This document shows, one piece after another, positions 58,701 through 64,000 of a stretch of DNA of 64,000 nucleotides. Origin of the DNA: Candidatus Poribacteria bacterium (GTDB lineage Bacteria; Poribacteria; WGA-4E; WGA-3G); contig OZ240248.1 in assembly GCA_965198235.1 (NCBI GenBank), positions 960,001 through 1,024,000 of the forward strand. The letters are read 5' to 3'. The notes below the pieces were generated by a model. The model was not told the DNA's origin and searched no databases. It saw only the letters and a program-made list of their open reading frames with translations. The position numbers and the translations under genes are program-made. Within the stretch, counting starts at the first letter, position 1, and every line of letters begins with the position of its first letter.

Positions 58701-61700
58701 CATCGGTATGTTAAGCGCGACTCGCCTCACCTATGGCAGCGGAAACGATGCTCTCAACCGTATCATCTTCGACATGCTCTTTAAACGGAACATCCGACAA
58801 CTTGGTCCCTTGAGTTTTGATTCAAAGGTTGAGCTGCTGATGACAGAGGGTACGGGTCAGATTGATATCATGATGGAATATACCCTTTTCGGAGATCCTG
58901 CCTTACAAATTGCGATCGCTAATGGTGAAATTCAACCTACTATCGAGACGAAAACAGTTGCGCCTGGGGATACCCTCCGAATTGCATCGGGGCATGTCCA
59001 GACTGCTACTTACGACGCGGCGAGCCGAACAAAACGTTTTGTTACCAATACCACTTTTAACGGCACACTCAGCGTCAAAGCTCTGTTTCCTGGGAAAACA
59101 GCCACTGCTCAGGGTGTTGCGGGTCCAGTTAAATACTACACTGGAGACGTAATTTTGACAAAGACACTCGCTGTTAACCGCGGTGCCTATCCTGCGGTGA
59201 CTTTCTCCGTCCCAAAAAATATTGCCAGCGGTGATGCCCATGTCGAGTACTATGCACAAAGTAATGCAACTGTCGCTGTCGGTGGCGACGGGTTTACTGT
59301 CAATATCCCAAAAATCCTTGATATTAAACCCGAATTAGTCGGTGAGGGCAAATTCCGTATCTCTGTTCAGGTTTCCGATGAAAAAGAGCAACTCTTCCTT
59401 GTCCTCTTGGACTGGCGCAACCCAGAAAGCCGGGAATGGGAGAAAGTGCGTTTTGTTCCTGCAGAGCCTCCGTTATCGGAAGATGGATGGTGGACGGTGC
59501 CTGAGCCTCTAAACGCGCCTATAGACGGTTCCCCTATCCGGTACAACCTTCAGGTCACGGATATAGATAACAATACGGTTACAAGTGAGAGGCTTCAGTA
59601 TTATCCTTACGTATACCCTAATCTTTCGATTGTGGAGGTCGACAGAACCAACAGGATTGGGTACGGCTACAACACCAAAACGGAGCAGTGGTACCTCTCG
59701 GCGGATGTGCAAATAGAAGGCGAAAGCATAAAGATGCCTATTGAAGTTGCTTTTTTCAGCGGCAATCCGGATGTTGACGATGACACGCTTGTTGACGACG
59801 ATGTAAATCTCCTCGGTACGACCCGCATCCAACCCAAAGACTGGGTGCCACGCACGCCGTTAGCGGACTCCAGTACAGGGAAAGATGTTTATGAACCGGA
59901 TCCGCTGAATACACTACCGATTGCAACCGCTACTTTAAATCTGCCTTCTGAATATAATGGAGGCCAGCTGCCTCTCGGCACACACGACATATTTGTCTAT
60001 ATTGATGTGACAGAGACTGAGGCGGATCAGCCGGGTAATGTCCTTGAAAACGATGAGGAAGATAATATCTCTTACCGACGACTCTTTGTCGATATGGGTG
60101 TTGTGGGAACGGTTGACCGAAGAACCAGAATTGCCAGTTTGGACCGGAACTGCGTTATTACTGTTCCCCCTGGTGGCTTCCGAGAAACAACAGTACTGGC
60201 AATCCGTTCCTTGGATGAACGCAAGTTTGCGGCTATAGAGACGGGTTCCCTTGATACTTCTACGAGATCTTCACCTAAGAGAATGTCCAAGCAGGCACCG
60301 CTTCCTGGGGTTGTCACCCACGGCTATGAAATCGTTATCGGCGATCAGTTATCAGCTGTCAGTGACAAGAACCTCTTAACTGAAAACCGAGAACCGAGAA
60401 CTGATAACTCCATTAAACTGACATCTCCGGTAGCGATCGATTTAAGTTTCGACATCGGTGCGCTTAGAACACAACTCACGCGAGAATTATTGGGCGGTAT
60501 GGAATCCGAGGAGACACCTTTAGAAGAGGAACCCAATGAATTGGGGGTTGCAGATACAATTAACACTGCTGTTGCATCCCGCGCACGTGAGTTGGGTATC
60601 TATATGTTTAACTCGACACTCGGAAATTGGACAAGGCTACCTTCCCAACAACTCACCGACGCTACAGGCGCGTTACAGCAACACACACATGTAACAAATG
60701 TGAGTCAAGAAAATGTTGGGGAAAGTGCTCTCCGCGATGTCGGTATCCAACCCGAAGGCGCACGGCCCGGCAAATACGTCCTCTTTTTCACAGGTCCTCA
60801 AACCTATCGGCTTTTCCTTGCCCCTTCGGTAGATGATACGCGAGCAGGAAACACCCAAGCCAAAACACCATTGGAAGTTATTGCATCTGCGGAGCAGCTT
60901 GCAAACTTTAGTACAGACATCCCGAACTTTAGACACGGCTTCTCACTTAATGTAGAACTCAATTTTGAAAAACCTTTGACATTCGGAGATGTCTTGACAT
61001 TCAACATAACTTCCCTTATACAGTCTGTGGATGTTGAAACCGATCTCGATACGCCTCAACAAGAGCAGCGTTGGTATGCCTCTGGATTCAGGGACACCAA
61101 CCAAGGCACGGGTACCGTCAGCTACATTGAACTTCTGCCGGACACCGCCATGCCCGAAGATAAGTGGATTATCTTCTTTCTTACAGACAGTCTTTTCCAG
61201 GTTGAAGGCGAGAGAACCGGTATTTTACGTTCCCAAACTGATGGAAACCAACCACTGCGTGGAACAGTCGAAGAACCTTTCTCATATAAGCCTTACGGCT
61301 TACGTCTTCAACTCACACAAGGTGAACGCTCCTTTGCTCCTGGGGATAGGTTCCGGTTTCAAACCCGATCCGTCGGTACCATTCGGGCTACGACGGATCG
61401 ACTTGGACCGATTACGCTGCTGTATACTGACGATACTGTGCCACCAGATATACAACTCACCATTGGCAATCAACAGCACTTTGTTCCGGGGGATGCAACA
61501 GATGCAGAACCCCTCATCGGAGCAACATTAACTGACCCGAGTGGGCTTGATTATCTCACCCGTCCGCTGTTGTTGGAAATTGGAGACGCATTCGGCGAAT
61601 ATGAACGTATCGATCCAGAGGCGTATCAGGTGACATATTATCCCGGCTCAAATCAACTCGTGTTGACATATCCGTCTCCTGAGCTTGAACCGCGGGAATA

Positions 61701-62070
61701 TGAGGTTCGCCTAACTGTGAGCGATGTCCATGGGAATACGGATACAAAAGACATCACATTTCGGGTCCATGACACCTTGCAGTTGCTATCGTTTCTCAAC
61801 TATCCGAATCCTTTTCCGCGTAAAACAACGCTCACCTGCGAATTAACAGCACCTGCTGACTCACTCGTTGTGAAAATCTATACGCTGAGTGGACGACTCA
61901 TCCGAGAATTCTCCATCCCAGCAACTCCTGGGTTTCTTATGGTGGAATGGGATGGCAGAGATGCTGATGGAGTTGAGGTTGCAAATGGCGTTTACTATGC
62001 TAAACTCCGAGTCCAGCGCGAGGGTGAAAAGGACGTAACCGAAATACTTAAAATGATGAAACTCCGTTAA
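55768..62070 (+). CDS. porU: PorU-like C25 (gingipain-family) cysteine peptidase with C25 propeptide and C-terminal FlgD-Ig/T9SS-like domain
   Basis: GEPGNPKVP propeptide; ADYLIVT, YVVLFGDG, SDHWYA, IGRL, YAGHG (His), LSCYNGYFD (Cys), YTLFGDPA; tail NYPNPF...KIYTLSGRLIRE...WDGRDADG..VANGVYY. Confidence 0.85.
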   Translation: MQLYLKQIGTEHKPVYALFRFGIILGIHVLTFVGGVCNPDSFAEITQTTSTDGITLQFTLPELTISEVIRDNIRYQGVRYADCHFTGEPGNPKVPVTRLMLGIPAAATIEAVDVSAASVETRTGVRLVPVPIFDIHELNSQHSASQHWSESGSAYQLKGNGSFSGNRSYPGHPLARIVREGYIRSQRVIALALYPVQYLPNTRQLRLYSRFTVNIRFSYTKQGGPLTARGSSSQIFPDQGITVPESEVFERAFSHQLFNAEQAARFRAPRPLVPTAPTLIPNGGHGTRYKLFIQETGIYAVTAASLQNDWGVDLIGTHPARFRLTQGNRDVPVYISGAADGSFDPNDAIFFLGHKPKNRYSRWNVYWLSIDNRGRIPTRVPQITVSPTDQTATQVPTFRSKVNFEEDYLTSNLEFVHTETVSPGDKHGWFDALDFWYWDGIKNGGDSAEMRLEFPLYDVAKSFDPPRISVDLQGGTPVSHEILVAINGVRIDFAKWEQQDTLTIGRTLRTWDTLKDNVKGQQNVLSLARVDSNVDEDTTRYPYHVYLNRFSVEYTRLFRAVADELWFRSPTADTTSRERLPGGRKLQYKIEAFREPEIHIFETDGTYLTAQMQGVNVELDAARSNSYNALFQVLDTRSTQFIAVSNAALRQPDRIDVVAPTDLATAVHSADYLIVTHPNFLSAAQRLAAWRTTPGGGGYRTKVVTTDDIYNTFGDGGVSPKAVKAFLKHAYQSWTPPALTYVVLFGDGTFDFRGIDTDIYAEPPELTGYIPTHYIRTDSFGRTASDHWYATVSGHDEFTDFYIGRLSVETVNQADAVADKIIAYEQTPPNGDWRRRIIAVADDEVSNSGDFIFKKSLDEIAKDHTRLGYETVEVFLEDVIDQVEAHPADYPGLLPQRVAKNKIIEALGEGAVLAQYAGHGGRIVWAHEAIFDNASVDQVEETTKIPFMLVLSCYNGYFDKPGEPSMAEKLLRKERGGIIGMLSATRLTYGSGNDALNRIIFDMLFKRNIRQLGPLSFDSKVELLMTEGTGQIDIMMEYTLFGDPALQIAIANGEIQPTIETKTVAPGDTLRIASGHVQTATYDAASRTKRFVTNTTFNGTLSVKALFPGKTATAQGVAGPVKYYTGDVILTKTLAVNRGAYPAVTFSVPKNIASGDAHVEYYAQSNATVAVGGDGFTVNIPKILDIKPELVGEGKFRISVQVSDEKEQLFLVLLDWRNPESREWEKVRFVPAEPPLSEDGWWTVPEPLNAPIDGSPIRYNLQVTDIDNNTVTSERLQYYPYVYPNLSIVEVDRTNRIGYGYNTKTEQWYLSADVQIEGESIKMPIEVAFFSGNPDVDDDTLVDDDVNLLGTTRIQPKDWVPRTPLADSSTGKDVYEPDPLNTLPIATATLNLPSEYNGGQLPLGTHDIFVYIDVTETEADQPGNVLENDEEDNISYRRLFVDMGVVGTVDRRTRIASLDRNCVITVPPGGFRETTVLAIRSLDERKFAAIETGSLDTSTRSSPKRMSKQAPLPGVVTHGYEIVIGDQLSAVSDKNLLTENREPRTDNSIKLTSPVAIDLSFDIGALRTQLTRELLGGMESEETPLEEEPNELGVADTINTAVASRARELGIYMFNSTLGNWTRLPSQQLTDATGALQQHTHVTNVSQENVGESALRDVGIQPEGARPGKYVLFFTGPQTYRLFLAPSVDDTRAGNTQAKTPLEVIASAEQLANFSTDIPNFRHGFSLNVELNFEKPLTFGDVLTFNITSLIQSVDVETDLDTPQQEQRWYASGFRDTNQGTGTVSYIELLPDTAMPEDKWIIFFLTDSLFQVEGERTGILRSQTDGNQPLRGTVEEPFSYKPYGLRLQLTQGERSFAPGDRFRFQTRSVGTIRATTDRLGPITLLYTDDTVPPDIQLTIGNQQHFVPGDATDAEPLIGATLTDPSGLDYLTRPLLLEIGDAFGEYERIDPEAYQVTYYPGSNQLVLTYPSPELEPREYEVRLTVSDVHGNTDTKDITFRVHDTLQLLSFLNYPNPFPRKTTLTCELTAPADSLVVKIYTLSGRLIREFSIPATPGFLMVEWDGRDADGVEVANGVYYAKLRVQREGEKDVTEILKMMKLR
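60334..60408. repeat. Family C repeat in frame inside the C25 gene
   Basis: GTTATCGGCGATCAGTTATCAGCTGTCAG...CCTCTTAACTGAAAACCGAGAACCGAGAACTGATAAC encodes VIGDQLSAVSDKNLLTENREPRTDN. Confidence 0.8.
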
Positions 62071-62073
62071 TAG

Positions 62074-62230
62074 TTTTTAAATGATCAGCCCTCGCGCATC
62101 GTTCCACTACGTTTCACGATGGTTTTTGGTCAGTTCCAGCTGGGTTAGAAGCATGGGAAAGGGTCTGAACACATCGGAAACCACCGTGTAATGAAATGGA
62201 GCGGTGCCTAGGTGTTAATCATTAAAAAAA
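62074..62230. repeat. Inverted pair of family B repeats filling the porU-porV spacer
   Basis: CATCGT-TCCACTACGTTTC-ACGATG and reverse CACCGT/GCGGTG copy ending ATCATTAAAAAAA just before the ATG. Confidence 0.8.
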
Positions 62231-63337
62231 ATGAAACATCTTAAAAAAAATATCTTCTATTTTACTGTGTGTATAATTACATTTTGTGTGGTAACTCTCC
62301 AATCTGTTGATGCGAGATACACTGCTGATTTCCTAACACTTGGGGTTGGAGCCCGCGCACTTGCTATGGGAGGTGCAGGGACTGCTCTAAGTGACAATGC
62401 TTACGCACCCTATTGGAATCCTGCTGGATTGGGACAACTCACTCGGTATGAAGTCAGCTTCATGCACTCCACACTCAATGGAGAGGATGCCTACGATTTT
62501 GTTAGTTTTGTCGTGCCGCTTGCAAACGACAACTTGCCAGACAAAAAACATCCACTAAAAAAGCGAGGGGCAATCGGGATCAGCTGGCTCCGTGTCGGTG
62601 TTGACGATATACCTATTACCAGTCTACCCGTGGTCAGCCGCCCTGTCGGACCCACAAACCGTCCGGAGGTAGTCGGGTCTTTTAACAATACGGATAACGC
62701 CTTTCTCTTTGCTCACGGCTGGAGACTACCAGCTTTTCGTGGTATTAATTTACGACTTGGTGGAACGCTCAAACTTCTCTACATGAGCGGATATCGAAGT
62801 ACAAACGCCATCGGCGGCGGTGCCGATATGGGTCTCGTCGCAATGACAAACCCAGAAAAGCCTCATCAACTCATGCTCGGACTACAGGCGAGCGATGTCT
62901 TCACGACGAAACTCTATTGGAATACACCACCTCCATCGGCGGAGCAGACATCGCACACCGAAACGATACTGCCACAGCTCAAAATTGGGGTTGCTACGAT
63001 ACACACGCTCCCTATCTTCCGAAGCACACTCATCCTCGCACTGGATACCTACATCCAAAATCGGGGTGGTTCACGGGCTAAATCTGATGTCGAGGCACCA
63101 CAAGGGAGTCCTGTTGAGTTGCATGCGGGTGCCGAATGGACGCTCTTCGACCTGCTTGCCTTACGGGTTGGAATGGCGGAGCGTAGTGGGAGCCTTGAGA
63201 GTGTTCGCCAATTAACAGCGGGGGTTGGATTGAACCTCCGATTCGTCACAGGAGCAGGTGCGGGGTTAGACTATGCATTTGCAAACCATCCAGCATTAGG
63301 TGGCAGCCATCGCATATCCCTCAGAATTAGGTTCTAA
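62231..63337 (+). CDS. porV: PorV/PorQ family outer-membrane protein
   Basis: Signal peptide; FLTLGVGARALAMGGA...YWNPAGL; LDYAF...LGGSHRISLRIRF (terminal Phe); directly after the porU-like gene. Confidence 0.85.
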   Translation: MKHLKKNIFYFTVCIITFCVVTLQSVDARYTADFLTLGVGARALAMGGAGTALSDNAYAPYWNPAGLGQLTRYEVSFMHSTLNGEDAYDFVSFVVPLANDNLPDKKHPLKKRGAIGISWLRVGVDDIPITSLPVVSRPVGPTNRPEVVGSFNNTDNAFLFAHGWRLPAFRGINLRLGGTLKLLYMSGYRSTNAIGGGADMGLVAMTNPEKPHQLMLGLQASDVFTTKLYWNTPPPSAEQTSHTETILPQLKIGVATIHTLPIFRSTLILALDTYIQNRGGSRAKSDVEAPQGSPVELHAGAEWTLFDLLALRVGMAERSGSLESVRQLTAGVGLNLRFVTGAGAGLDYAFANHPALGGSHRISLRIRF

Positions 63338-63461
63338 ATGGTAGTCGGTTTCCATCAGCCATCGGCAGTCAGAAAGAGGTTTTGTTTCGTTGAAATCTGA
63401 TTTTCCTGACAACCAGTACATGAGTTTTGTCAGTACATGAGTTTTGTATAAGAATCTATAC

Positions 63462-63562
63462 GTAGGTTGGGTTGAACGGTAAAAATCAAAAATCTATCAA
63501 CCCAAAGATGCCCAGTTTTCCTGTGCAGTCCCTCGTGAAAAGGGACCATAGTGAAACCCAAC
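63462..63562 (+). repeat. Extended GTAG-type REP (family A)
   Basis: GTAGGTTGGGTTGAACG...GTGAAACCCAAC. Confidence 0.85.
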
Positions 63563-63640
63563 ATCCTCATCATACGCGCTAAAGCCTGTTGATGACTATT
63601 CCTTCTGACAGCCGGTTGCTGACCGTCGACAGCCATTCTA

Positions 63641-64000
63641 TTATTTATCTGTTCCAGTTGAGTCCTTAATGATTTCATCCCAATCCCACAGGAGAATTGT
63701 GCCGTCCTGTCCTGCACTGACGAGTGTATTGCCGGCGGGTGAAAAACGCAACGTCTCCACTCCTCCCGTATGTCCATTGAGAATAATGATTTCGTTTCCC
63801 GTTGTTGTGTCCCATAACTGGATTCTGCCGTTTCTATCCCCGTTAACAAGCACGGTACTATCTGGGGAAAACACCACGGCTTTGGAACCTTGAAAGGCTT
63901 CCGTGCCGTCTTTACGATTGTTAATTGAAGAAGTCCCTTTTCCCCAATTCCCAGTTTCCATGTTCCAGAGACGAATCTGCTTCTGGCTTCCCGCGGCGAG
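63641..64000 (-). CDS. WD40 repeat protein, 5' end outside window
   Basis: Frame open to the window edge; QIRLWN, FSPDSTVL...IQLWD, GHTGGVETLRFSP...SAGQDGTILLWDW. Confidence 0.9.
   Translation of the reverse strand, partial: LAAGSQKQIRLWNMETGNWGKGTSSINNRKDGTEAFQGSKAVVFSPDSTVLVNGDRNGRIQLWDTTTGNEIIILNGHTGGVETLRFSPAGNTLVSAGQDGTILLWDWDEIIKDSTGTDK

Noticed and set aside
63430-63849. 139-aa minus-strand ORF
   Set aside because: Alternative frame of the WD40 gene running into a REP element.

Overview
Chromosomal window spanning the replication origin of a diderm bacterium, most likely Candidatus Poribacteria. That assignment is an inference from the TolB/LamG proteins ending in a TTWGxLK-like tail and the ECF sigma factor fused to a beta-propeller. 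The housekeeping backbone is secF-secD-tRNA(Arg,CCT)-apt, a sugar-alcohol catabolic operon, GH2, hisC, ispH, rpmH and dnaA-oriC-recF-dciA-gyrB-gyrA; dnaN and rnpA/yidC are absent from their usual positions. Main points: (1) type IX secretion-like parts: a SprA-like translocon with Gly/Tyr-rich inserts and an adjacent PorU-like C25 peptidase/PorV pair. Three secreted proteins share a short C-terminal motif that may be the sorting signal. (2) An exact promoter motif, TGCACC-N16-GTGTCT, occurs three times. It links an ECF-propeller fusion, a divergent operon (RRE-like remnant, TolB-like, 76-aa Cys-rich peptide, TolB-like) and a decayed lipoprotein/STT3 island. (3) A dense set of small structured repeats. 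One family has a covarying stem and docks on start/stop codons, one carries a nested mini-insert, and several sit in frame inside proteins. (4) A promoter-preceded, ORF-less element resembling IS200/IS605 (IscB omegaRNA/HEARO) ends. IS982 and IS701 remnants are also present. All calls come from reading the sequence by eye; no searches were run.
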